A stretch of 64,000 bases of DNA from Thalia democratica (Eukaryota): positions 43,958,001-44,022,000 of the forward strand of contig OZ241833.1 in assembly GCA_965202585.1 (NCBI GenBank). Reading direction: 5' to 3'. The notes below the pieces were generated by a model. That model saw nothing but the letters and a program-made list of their open reading frames with translations. It was not told the origin of the DNA and made no database searches. The translations under genes and the position numbers were made by a program. Positions 1 to 11,699 of this stretch are shown here, piece after piece (the first letter of the stretch is position 1; each line of letters begins with the position of its first letter).

Positions 1-1171
1 TTTATTTCTGATTTTCAGAAGACTAAAGTTTTTATTTTTTTCGTTTTTTAGTCAAAAGTATTATGATTAATAAAAATACCAGATATCTATAACAGTTTAT
101 ATTCTTTAACATACTGGTAACTAGAGTTAGGTTGAGCAGCGATTAGTGCTACTAAAGTTTTCATCTATTATTTAGCATATAGTCACTTTAATATCATGTT
201 ACTGTGCTAAGTAAAAACATATTATACATAGTTAGTGGTACTTTACTCCATTTCTTATACTTGAAGTATATTTATGTTTCAGTAATTTAAATGTTTGCAA
301 TTTCGATATGGTTTAGTTTCACTTATGAATTAATTTTTGTCTACACTACTTGTACTCCTTAGTGTAACATTTTTATAAAAAAGTGTTAAATTTTTAGAAC
401 GAACGTTAGGGGTTAAGGAAAATTTAAATTTTTGAAATAAAAAATTAAAACACTAGCTGTGTATTTCCTTTCTTAAAAAAAGATTATATATAAAAAGAAA
501 CTATGACTTCATTAAATATCAAAATAAAAGTTATTAAATTGAAAATAAAAAAAACTCACTTTATTCATATATTCTGTTAAAAGTTTATAATATGTTATTT
601 TGCTAAACAAACACATGTTTTACTTAGTTATACTTTACTCTAATTCTTATACTTAAAATATAGTTAATAAATTTATAAAAAATTATATATTTTATGGTTA
701 AGTTTTATTAATGGAATTAACTTATATTGTTTATATTATTTATTGTATAATTTAAAAAAAATTATAAATCTTTTTCTTCAATGTTAAAAAAAAAAGATAA
801 AATTTGTTATTGTAGAAAAAAACTAAGTACATTAATATTTACCTTTATAATAATATATAAACAAAAAGATTTTATAAGTTCATTAGAAGTCAGAACAAAA
901 GTTATAACGTTCAAAAAAATAAAAACTCACTTTTTTTTGTTTTAAAGTGTATTAGAAACTTAATAAGTTGCTAACTATCTACGTTATTTACCATACATTA
1001 AAACTTTAAGTATTAGTTTATATTCACGAAATCCTGTTTTATTAATATATAAATTGTTTTAAAATAGCCTATATTCAGTATAAATGTTACTAAAATCTTT
1101 CCTTAAATCTAAAAAAAAATATTAATTTATTCAATTTAAAACACTTTTATCTATTTACAAGTCTACTTGCA

Positions 1172-1549
1172 ATGATAAAGCTTTCATTTAAACTTGATGT
1201 TAGTTCGACCAAGTTGCTTATTGGATTTGTTGGAGTGTCAGCTACATTGAGAGCTCTTTTTTACTTGTCCCGTCAAAATAAATCAACCAAATCTTTAAAA
1301 AGTTTTGACAAAACACCCACAAAAAATCAAAATTCTGGTAGGTTGAATGGAAATAAAGTAGGGTTAGTAATTCAAAATATGGAAATTGTTTCGGATATGC
1401 GTAAGTTGCATGCTGAAAATGATCATCAAAAAATAAACTTTCCATGTGAAAGAATTCAGGCATTGGTTAATGATCCACAATCACAAATTTTTGTATATAA
1501 ATTGTTTCAGACTAATTTAATAAAATATAAACACTTTAAAAACTTTTAA
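1172..1549 (+). pseudogene. Family copy 1: 5'-only truncated copy (anchor plus start of linker, 125 aa)
   Basis: ORF starts MIKLSFKLDVSSTKLLIGFVGVSATL. Homology to intact copies ends at ~1485 (gatccacaatcac), then reads into AT-rich non-coding sequence. The upstream acceptor AG is changed to AT (1149-1150). Confidence 0.8.
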
Positions 1550-1623
1550 ATATTAGGGCTTTTGTTTAAAATATTTTTTTAATCAATTTAAAGCACTTTT
1601 AGTTGTATATAAGTTTATTTGCA

Positions 1624-2265
1624 ATGATAAAACTTTCATTGAAACTTGATGTTAGTTCGACCAAGTTGCTTATTGGATTTGTTGGAGTGTCAGCCACGTT
1701 GGGTGCTCTTTATTGCTTGTCTCATCAAAACAAATCAACTGAATATTTAAAGAGTGACGATGAAGTATCCACAGGAGAAAGAGAAAAACCTGGTAGATTG
1801 GATGAAAATAAAGCAGGGTCAGAAAATCATAACGTGAAAGTTGTTTCAAATATTTGTGAATTGCATGCTGAATATGATCATCACAATACAAACTTTGCAT
1901 GTGAAGGAATTCAGATGTTCGATAACAATTCGCAATCACGAAACACTGAAGCAACATTGACACAAGACAAGGATAAAACAGTTAATTCGGGTGGCTCTGA
2001 TGTTGAAAATAACAATAATGAAACTAACGATGATAATCCAGTAGAAAATAAATCTCCTGTAAATGATAAACCATTTATACCTAGAACACAAGAGCGCAAT
2101 GAAACCAATGAAGCTCCTAATAGTCGTGAAGACAAAAATATTGTTAGAAGAAATGAAGAAGAAACTACATTGGCAGAAGAATCAGCAGAAAAAGATATCG
2201 GAGAAGCTAATGTTTTCATCTATTATTTAGCGTATAGTCACTTTAATATCATGTTACTGTGCTAA
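1624..2265 (+). pseudogene. Family copy 2: truncated copy (anchor plus most of linker module, no C-terminal domain)
   Basis: ATG at 1624 (the ORF track extends upstream to 1603). Linker is nearly identical to copy 3. At ~2211 the sequence jumps into a repeat of the upstream region (gttttcatctattatttagc, cf. 158-177). Confidence 0.82.
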
Positions 2266-3222
2266 GTAAAAACATATTATACATAGTTAGTGGTACTTTA
2301 CTCCATTTCTTATACTTGAAGTATATTTATGTTTCAGTAATTTAAATGTTTGCAATTTCGATATGGTTTAGTTTCACTTATGAATTAATTTTTGTCTACA
2401 CTACTTGTACTCCTTAGTGTAACATTTTTATAAAAAAGTATTAAATTTTTAGAACGAACGTTAGGGGTTAAGGAAAATTTAAATTTTTGAAATAAAAAAT
2501 TAAAACACTAGCTGTGTATTTCCTTTCTTAAAAAAAGATTATATATAAAAAGAAACTATGACTTCATTAAATATCAAAATAAAAGTTATTAAATTGAAAA
2601 TAAAAAAAACTCACTTTATTCATATATTCTGTTAAAAGTTTATAATATGTTATTTTGCTAAACAAACACATGTTTTACTTAGTTATACTTTACTCTAATT
2701 CTTATACTTAAAATATAGTTAATAAATTTTGAAAATTATTTATGATATGATTTAGTTTTATTAATGGAATTAACTTAGATTGTTTATATTCTTTATTGAA
2801 AATTTTGAAAAAATATATAAATTTTTTAATCAATCTTAGAAAATAAGATAAAACTTGTTATTATCAAAAAAACAAAGTACATATATATTTACCTTTATAA
2901 AAAAATGTATAACCAAATAGATTTTATAAGTTCATTAGTAGTCAGAATAAAAGTTATAACGTTGAAGAAAATAAAAACTCACTTTGTTTTGTGTTTAAAG
3001 ATTATTAGAAACTTAATAAATTGCTAACTATCTTAATAATATACCATACATTGAAACTTTAAGTGATAGTTTATATTCACGAAATCTTGTTTTATTAATA
3101 TATAAATGGTTTTAAAATAACCTATATTCAGTATAAATGTTACTAAAATCATTTCTTTAAATCTATAAAATATTATTTTATTCAATTTAAAACACTTTTA
3201 GCTATTTAAAAGTCTACTTGCA
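2212..3222 (+). repeat. Direct duplicate of upstream region 159-1171 (upstream type P1)
   Basis: Near-identical text over the first ~500 bp, more diverged after. Related blocks occur at ~28490-29580 (+), ~20150-21300 (-) and ~58330-59090 (-). Confidence 0.9.
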
Positions 3223-4542
3223 ATGATAAAACTTTCGTTGAAATTTGATGTTAGTTCAACCAAGTTGCTTATTGGGTTTGTTGGAGTGTCAGCCACGTTG
3301 GGTGCTCTTTACTACTTGTCTCATCAAAATAAATCAACCAAACCTTTAAAGAGTGACGATGAAATATCCACTGGAGAAAAAGTAACTTCTTGTAGATTGA
3401 ATGGAAATAAAGTAGGGTTAGTAAGTCAAAAAATTGAAAATGTTCAGGAAATTAGTGAATTGCATGCTGAATATGATCATCACAATACAAACTTTGCATG
3501 TGAAGGAATTCAGATGTTCGATAACAATTCGCAATCACGAAACACTGAAGCAACATTGACACAAGACAAGGATAAAACAGTTAATTCGGGTGGCTCTGAT
3601 GTTGAAAATAACAATAATGAAACTAACGATGATAATCCAGTAGAAAATAAATCTCCTGTAAATGATAAACCATTTATACCTAGAACACATGAGCGCAATG
3701 AAACCAGTGAAGCTCCTAATAGTCGTGAAGACAAAAATATTGTTAGAAGAAATGAAGAAGAAAATACATTGGCAGAAGAATCAGCAGAAAAAGATATCGG
3801 AGAAGCTAATGATCCACAAAAAGATACCGAAGACAAGAAAAGTGTTGATAAACATAGTCAAAAAGTTCAAATTGAAAACTTAAACGAACCAATTACTAAA
3901 AATCAAGCCTTTGATATATTAAATTCTTATTATAGAAATTTTAAAACTCTCAGTCAGTATTTAAGTGTTGATAAACAACAATTCAAAAATTTGCGTAGCT
4001 TGCTGGACAGTTATGTTGGCAAAAAAAGAAACAGGTTGATTGTGATTCAAAAAATAAAAAAACAATGTCAGAATTTTGATGAAGTTTACGAAAATATTCA
4101 AGGTAGGCTTAGGAATGCAGCTATACAAAGCATAGTGAACCAAATATTCGTTTTGAGAACAAATTTGTGGAAGGAAGTTAAATGTGTAGAAGCGCGCATC
4201 AGTAATTCAAAGGTCGCTGATGAAATTGAAAGTACTAAAAAGTTGGTTGATCGAATAATCGAATTTCTAGAAAAGTTTAAAAAGGCAGTAGACTCAGCGG
4301 TTAAAGCGGTAGATTTTGCGCACAAAGTCCTATTATGTAATGAATCTGATAAAACTGAAAATTTTAAATCGGCTCATAGTGCATACAATAACAATTTGAA
4401 GTGTTCGCTTGATACACTTGACACATGTAAATGCATTAGTCTGCATGAAGATATGAAAATTGGTATTACTTTCACAGCAAATGTAATTCCTTTCTTTTTT
4501 GATAAATTTAATAAAAGTATTGCTGAAATACTTAGAAAATAA
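3223..4542 (+). CDS. Family copy 3, intact short (type A) member, 439 aa: N-terminal signal-anchor, one linker module, helical C-terminal domain
   Basis: Uninterrupted 439-aa ORF in very AT-rich DNA, with a paralog at 13910-15226. Hydrophobic LLIGFVGVSATLGALYYL followed by basic residues. AATAAA at 4692-4697 is conserved in the paralog (15375-15380). Confidence 0.88.
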   Translation: MIKLSLKFDVSSTKLLIGFVGVSATLGALYYLSHQNKSTKPLKSDDEISTGEKVTSCRLNGNKVGLVSQKIENVQEISELHAEYDHHNTNFACEGIQMFDNNSQSRNTEATLTQDKDKTVNSGGSDVENNNNETNDDNPVENKSPVNDKPFIPRTHERNETSEAPNSREDKNIVRRNEEENTLAEESAEKDIGEANDPQKDTEDKKSVDKHSQKVQIENLNEPITKNQAFDILNSYYRNFKTLSQYLSVDKQQFKNLRSLLDSYVGKKRNRLIVIQKIKKQCQNFDEVYENIQGRLRNAAIQSIVNQIFVLRTNLWKEVKCVEARISNSKVADEIESTKKLVDRIIEFLEKFKKAVDSAVKAVDFAHKVLLCNESDKTENFKSAHSAYNNNLKCSLDTLDTCKCISLHEDMKIGITFTANVIPFFFDKFNKSIAEILRK

Positions 4543-7500
4543 TCTAAGTTAATACTTGTAGACTCTGAGCCTTAGATAATCTGGTCCTTTGGAAAAATTT
4601 ACTAGTTTTTGTTACGTTTCTTTAATATTTACATGTAACTTTATTTTTATTGACTCAGTTGAAGTTTGTTACTATGCTTTTTATTTTTTACAATAAAATT
4701 TTTGTTGATCAAACTTATAAATGCTAATTTGTTTTTAAATAAAACAAATTTATAACGGACTTTTGTTATCAACTAGTAAGAGCTCAGAAAAATACAACTT
4801 CGCTTTAGCACGGATTAAAACTATAGCATGAAGTGTAACTTTTGCAAGCACGTTTGATATTTTTTTAATTAGTAGTTAAACAATAATTAACGTTAAACCA
4901 AACATTTTTAAATCGAACTTAATACAGTCAGCATCTTGTTGAATACGCATTTTAGGCACTTTATAGTGTTATTTCAAGGAGAAGAATACTTACCAAAGAT
5001 AATTTTATTTAAATTTTTATCTAACTAAAGCAGAAATTATACTAGAAAGCTGGTCATCCGGTTTAATAGATTACCATTTATACTAAAAGAAACCATTCGC
5101 AAGTAGCATAAAGTTAAAAAACATCTTTTCTAGGCTTTTCTCTTAGTAAAGAACTATGTTATAACATCTTGATAGTCAATTTTCTTTTAACTAACTCTAC
5201 AAACTTTTTTGAGAACTTTACATTAAGAGTTTTGTAAACTATTTACACAAATTAAACACAGTTAAGATTTTATACTAAAGGCCCAAACAAATTAAAAGTA
5301 TGTAAACAGCTCTTAAGTCTAGCTAGAGATTAAAGCCATTTGAGCCTAGAGTTGTTTATAAATTACACAATTCGAGAGTAAGCATGTGTCTGTAAAAAAA
5401 GTGTACCACAACTACTTATTATATTATTTTTTCATGTCATTTTTCTATGTTGGTAGCATATATTGTACATGTTTAATTTATTTAGTATGTTGTTAACTGA
5501 CCTTTAGAAAAAAAGTAAAAAATCTTTTTGCTTGATCTGTTTTTCAAAACTTTTAAAGCAGTTAAAATATTTTAAGAACTTGGCAGTGATTTCAATAAAA
5601 GGTTTTTAGGGAGAACAATGTAATGCTAATTGCATTTTCTAATTATTAGAATGTAGTTATTTGAGCGTTTATTTATTTTTGTTTAGAAACGCATGCTTCG
5701 ATTTATTTTGGCTGATTCGATTCTTTTTTTTAGCTAATTGCAACCATGATTTTATGGTCCTTAAACTCGGTACTTGCTAAACGATGTTGTATGTTTTAAG
5801 TTAGATTGTTAAACCGAGGAATCTTCTCTTGTGGTGATTTGTTAGTAAAGTTTTGTTTTAATTGTTACTTGATGTGCTAGTTTTACAGTTCTTTTATGTT
5901 CACACTTATTAATTGTAAAACACATTTTTCTAATAACAAACTCGGTTTTAGTTTAAACAACAGTATAATTTCAGTAAAAACTTAATAAACCTATTAGGTT
6001 AAAAAACGTAAGTAGTTTAAAAGCTAACTTAAGTGTGTACATAAAGTATAAAGCTTGAATGTCAGTTATTTTCCATGTTATATATATCATTAAGCACATA
6101 CTTCAGTTGGATTGCCCCGTATCGTGTGTTAGTGCAGTTTTTAGCAATAAAATAGATAAATTACTATATTTTTACATATTTTTTAACAAGATTCATGTGC
6201 GAAAACTGTTATAAATTTTTATTATAATTTACTTTTTATCTCACAAGCTCAATCTATCGTTTAACTTATAAGTTTTTGTTGTATAATGTACGTACTGAAC
6301 TTTGTTCTAGTGTGCCTTTAAGTTTTGTTCCTATTTACATCAAAGTCGATGTAACTTTTCAATTATTCATACATAAACATATTAAAAATTCATGTAAAAA
6401 TATAAGCTAAATCTATTTTAAAAAAATTTGAAGTATTTTAGTGAGTAGTAATCTTAAAACTTTAAATACAAACTAAGTTTAAATAATGGTACAATTTTTG
6501 TAGATTAATTCGAGTGAAATAAAAAATTGTATTGCTTTTATTGTAGCAGTTAACTTTCTTTTGAAAAAGCTGTTGTTTTAACATCGTATAAATAAAAGTG
6601 GATTTTTAGACCTGGTAAAAAAAGTATCAAAGTGAAAATATAAAATTTGGTACATAAACTAAACTTCTATTAAACAATTTGTTCCCTGAATCGTCCGTAA
6701 TTTCATAATAATAAATTTTATAATGTATTTTTTACCTACTTAAAATAGTTTACAATTAGCTTTTAACTACATTTAATTGAATTTAAGTTTTGTGTCAAAT
6801 AATATTTTAATTTATACTCAAGTTTAGTTTTAATACATTTAGAACGTTATTAACATTTAAACAGGTATAATTTATTTTTTTACAGATGTATTTAGACAAA
6901 TTTTGTCAATTTAGTTATTATTAGATTTTGAAAACAGTAAGTCGTGCAAAAGTGATGACTGGCGCAAATTATGGCATCAGTAAAAATTGATGTCATGCAA
7001 ACAGTTGTGCAAAGTGCAGTCATAAAAAAGTGATAGTTTGTAGAAAAGTGACACTGGAAAAATAACTCTCCGTGCAATTGATGCTGTGTAAAAATGACGT
7101 ACTTAATTGATTGGATGGAATCTGATCGATTGTTCCGGGTAGGAATTTATCGTTTGGGAATTGGTCGGTTAGAAATGTGCGCGGGTTAAAACTTAGCAGT
7201 TCTATGTTAAATGTTATCATTTAATAAATGTATTTTATGAATAGAGGCTTTAATGTGTCTTATAAGGATTTCCAAACTACAAATTGCTACATCCATGTAT
7301 AAAAACATTGAATAACTAAACTACTATTGAAGATTTAACAAAAAAGGAATGCTAAAACTCTTTAGTTTTTTATATGATGATGTTATTGATCAGTTAGATT
7401 ACTAGGTAACTTTGTGGTAGGATTTAACTAATGATGACACTAAAGAATAAGCACAAAAAAAAACGGTTTTAAACTAGTTTATGTTATATATTCTTATTCA

Positions 7501-7696
7501 AAACAACTAGAGTATTTTATAATTAACAAAAAGTTTATTGTAGTAAATTCAACGTAAAAAAACTCCAAAAGTTGAAAACAAAAACAACAAAATCATTTTA
7601 TACACAAACATATTACAAAAGTAACAAAAAAATAATATAATCTTTTTCAATAGATTCATAATATGAAGCTCATAATAATATTTCAAAAAAGTACTT

Positions 7697-9562
7697 TCAT
7701 GTATATCCAACAACACCTTCTTCATACCATGTAAAAAAAGATTTAGTCAGCATAATTATATCTAATATGTCGTTTCGGACTTCATTAACCTCACTAAACG
7801 CTTTAGAGTTATTAAGCTTTTCAAGCGTTGACTTCAAACTGTTTTTGTATTTACTAAAAGCCGAGCTCAGGTCTTGCTGTTCATTATATTTATCAGCCTG
7901 GTCATTTTGTACCACTTGATATAATGATAATAAGCTTTGAATAGCGAAGCCTACTGCTATGTTAAACTGTTCTAAATATTCTACTATTCCATCAACTAAC
8001 TTTTTAGTACTTTCAGTCACTTTAAAATGGTTTTTAATTATTGAGTTATTGCTTGATGCTTTTTCAGATTTTACTTCTTTCCACAGATTTGTTCTCAAAC
8101 TGAATATTTGATTAACTAAAAATCGCAGATCAGGGTACGATAAACATTCTTGAATTTCGTCGTAAATTATGCCGAAAGTCTGACATCTTACTTTAATATT
8201 ATTGAAATTTTTTCTTCTATTTGTTTTGTTCCTTTTATGATCATTGAGCAAACTACGTAGGCTTTTGAACTGTTGCAGATTGACATTTATATACTGACTA
8301 AGAATTTCTAAACTATGTAAACAATAATCAAAATTAACTGGGTCTCTTTCGCTTTCTATTTTGTTAGATTTTTCATTTTGAACATTTTGACTATGCTTGT
8401 CAACACTTTTGTTGTTTCTGGCATCTCTTTGAGGACCAGTAGCTTCTCCTGTATCTTTTTCAGTTGATTCTTCTGTCAATAGGGGTTCTTCTTTTGTTCC
8501 AACAATCTTTTTGTCTTCATGAATATTATGAGGGTCATTAGTTCCATTGAGTTCTTTTGTTTTGGGCTTAACTAATTTTTCATTCACAGGAGATTTGTTT
8601 ACTTCTGGTTTCTTATCGTTAGTTTTACTATTGTTATTATTTACAACCAGTGGCCCTACATCAGATTCATCCAAACTGACCATTTTGTCCTTGATTTGTG
8701 TGATTGTTGCATCGGTATCAAGCAGTTGTTGATTGTTATTAAAAGTCTGAACCTCTTCAAAGTTTTTTGAATCTTCTACCAATTTAGATCTTTTATTTGT
8801 TCCAAAACCATTTTTGTCTTCACGACTTTTATGAGCATCATTAGCTTCACTTTGTTCCTTTGCTCTTGATTTATCTGGTTTCTTACTTACAGAAGAGTTA
8901 TTGTTTGAGTTTTCATTTTGAACAACACGGTTTACTTTACCAACATTTCTATTATTTTTGGTATATTTTTGAGGATTATTAGCTTCTCCGATATCTTTTT
9001 CTGCTGATTCTACTGCTAATGTAGTTTCTTTATTTCTCCCAACACTATTTTCGTCTTCACGACTATCAGGAGCATCATTGGTTTCATTGGGCTCTTTTTG
9101 ATTTATATCGTCTGGTTTTTTATTCACAGGAGAATTATTCACTTTTAGTTTGTCATCGTTAGTTTTACTATTATTGTTTTGAATATCAAAACCATCAGAA
9201 TTGACTATTTTTTCAATGTTTTGTATCAATGTAGCTTCAGTGTTAGGTGATTGCGAATTACTATCCAAAGCCTCATTGCCTTCAAGTACACAGTTTGTTG
9301 TGTGATGAACATTATCAGCATGAACTTTACAAATATTTGAAACAACTTTCACGTTATGATTTTGTGACCCTGCTTTATTTCCATTTAATCTACAAAAATT
9401 TTCTCTTTCTCCTGTGGATATTTCATCGTCAACCTTTAAAGATTTGGTTGATTTATTTTGATGAGACAAGTAGTAAAGAGCACCCAACGTGGCTGATACT
9501 CCAACAAATCCAATAAGCAACTTGGTCGAACTAACATCAAGTTTCAACGAAAGTTTTATCAT
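7697..9562 (-). CDS. Family copy 4, intact long (type B) member, 621 aa
   Basis: Uninterrupted 621-aa ORF with the same N-terminal anchor and ~2.5 linker modules. The C-terminal domain shares QQFKxLRSLL, LVNQIFxLRTNLWKEVK and TKKLVDxIxEYLEQF motifs with type A. Confidence 0.88.
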   Translation of the reverse strand: MIKLSLKLDVSSTKLLIGFVGVSATLGALYYLSHQNKSTKSLKVDDEISTGERENFCRLNGNKAGSQNHNVKVVSNICKVHADNVHHTTNCVLEGNEALDSNSQSPNTEATLIQNIEKIVNSDGFDIQNNNSKTNDDKLKVNNSPVNKKPDDINQKEPNETNDAPDSREDENSVGRNKETTLAVESAEKDIGEANNPQKYTKNNRNVGKVNRVVQNENSNNNSSVSKKPDKSRAKEQSEANDAHKSREDKNGFGTNKRSKLVEDSKNFEEVQTFNNNQQLLDTDATITQIKDKMVSLDESDVGPLVVNNNNSKTNDKKPEVNKSPVNEKLVKPKTKELNGTNDPHNIHEDKKIVGTKEEPLLTEESTEKDTGEATGPQRDARNNKSVDKHSQNVQNEKSNKIESERDPVNFDYCLHSLEILSQYINVNLQQFKSLRSLLNDHKRNKTNRRKNFNNIKVRCQTFGIIYDEIQECLSYPDLRFLVNQIFSLRTNLWKEVKSEKASSNNSIIKNHFKVTESTKKLVDGIVEYLEQFNIAVGFAIQSLLSLYQVVQNDQADKYNEQQDLSSAFSKYKNSLKSTLEKLNNSKAFSEVNEVRNDILDIIMLTKSFFTWYEEGVVGYT

Positions 9563-11699
9563 TGTAAATAAACTTGTTGTTTGCTGAAATCTTTAGTTAA
9601 AAAAAATTACAAAATTTAATAATTTAGTTATAAATAAAAGTTTTAATGATCTATAGTTTTTTATGTTAATATATTTCATCTAAATAATTTTTATAATAAG
9701 TTTAAGTCTTTGTGAATTTGAATAACATTGTGTGATTCAAACGTTTAGAACATTAATAATAATTTAACAGATTTAGAACAAAATTCAAACATTATTTGGC
9801 TTTTTAAAATCAGCTTGATTTTATTTTTAACTCAATAACTTTTATCTTTTAAGGTAAAAATTAAATCTTGAGCAACTAATTTCTTTTGATGAGATTTTTT
9901 TAAATAAAGTAAATTTAGCAACGTTTTAAATTTGTCATATTTACAGAAACATATTTGTTAATATATCAAAATTTATATCAATTTTATTGTAGAGTACCAG
10001 CCTAAAACTACTGTTTTATTATAAATGTACTAAATTTTATATCTAACAGTAGCTGAAAAGATAATTGTAATTGAAATTTAATAACAACAGTTGTACTGCA
10101 AATTATTCATGTAAGTGCATTTGTTAATTTTTCAAGGAAAACATTCTGTTTGTTAACTTGTTAGGTGTTTAAACACTATTAATCATTTTCATTTATTGAT
10201 TAAGTTTGAATTATTAGAAGTTTCAAAGGAATACATACTTACTTACAAATAAGATGATTTAATAACTGATTTAAACAAAACAATTTCAATTTTAACAAGT
10301 TTTACGTAGTTTTAACAGAGTCAAAAAATATTTAACAACTATGCAACATTTTTTAATTTAATTATAAAATAAAAAATGACAATAATCCCATTTAACGAAG
10401 CTAGAAAATCAAAATTTCAAAAAAAGGGTATACATTAGTGGAATAGTGTTGAAACAAAACACATTTTTATACATTGTTAGACAAAACATGATAATTATGT
10501 TGAGTTCTGTCTCAATATGTACTACGTAGAAAATTTAAACAAATTTTAGGAGCTTTGATAGTTAATTTTAGTTTTCATTAAAAGTCTACGTTCATTTATT
10601 AACTACTAAACAAATTCAAAGTTGGAACTCTATAGTATACTTCACAACAGTGCATACAATAAAGTAATTGTCAAATGATTTGTTATACGGATTTATTCTT
10701 GCATATTTATGTTGGTGCAAGTTTTTAGATTCGTCTAAATTTATTTAACTAGTGAAGATCACTGAAAACTACAGTAAGCAATAAAAACATAGCTAAACTA
10801 AATTTATATATTTAATATGTTTAAAGTTATATAATAAGTTTAAATAAAGTTAATTTATTAATTTAAAAAGTTTTGTAACTGTCAAAACATAAAATAAGTT
10901 AATTATTTTTTTCTATTATATACTTAATCTAGCTTAGCCTTAAAATTTCTCATTTTCTTTACTAAATTATACTATTACAAGGATAATTATAATTCATATT
11001 AAAACACTAATTTTTCAACTAAAATTGAGTTGAATTATACAAATCATAAAAGTTTTGACCGGTAATATTCATAAAACATATTGTTTATATCGACAGTTAA
11101 ACGAAAGTAAAAAACATATATGTTTTGTAATTCTCAGCTTAACACTACTTGTATCTAGTCAAGTTGTTGTTTTTAAACATTTTTAATAAAATTAAAAACT
11201 TGCATGACATATTTCTTTATATCGTAGTAATTTTTTTTGTAAAAATAGATAACAAAAAAAACAAACATGGTTTCTTTTAATTGTTGTAATACCGATGCTT
11301 GATTTTTGTTACAGTGATTTCTATAAAAAAAAACAAACAAAAGTTTAGCATATAAAACGTTTAAATTAAGTGAACTTAATATAAATTTTTATACATAATA
11401 TCTTAAAAACTATTTTTACTTAAATATTATGTACTAAATTTTTACGTTTTTTTTTTCATATTGTTTTATTTTATTAGTTTAGTTTTCTTTTCTATATAAT
11501 TATAAGTTAAAAAATAATCTTCTCTTTTTAGTAGTTTTTACTATTCGTGTGTCATCTGTTAAAGTGCCTGAGGTATTAAATTATAATTTTAACGTTAAAA
11601 AAAATAATAAAGATACTAAAAAGCATACAGCAAAACATTTAATCATTAAAGCTATTTACAAATGCTATTTCATAAACTTTTCAAACAGTCAAAACATCG

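Larger units (their letters stand above)
3223..9562. repeat. Segmental duplication unit 1 (A+ / B- convergent pair with spacer); second copy ~13910-20150
   Basis: Spacer 4543-7696 aligns by eye with 15227-18277 along its length. Gene offsets are 10687 and 10581 bp. Confidence 0.9.
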
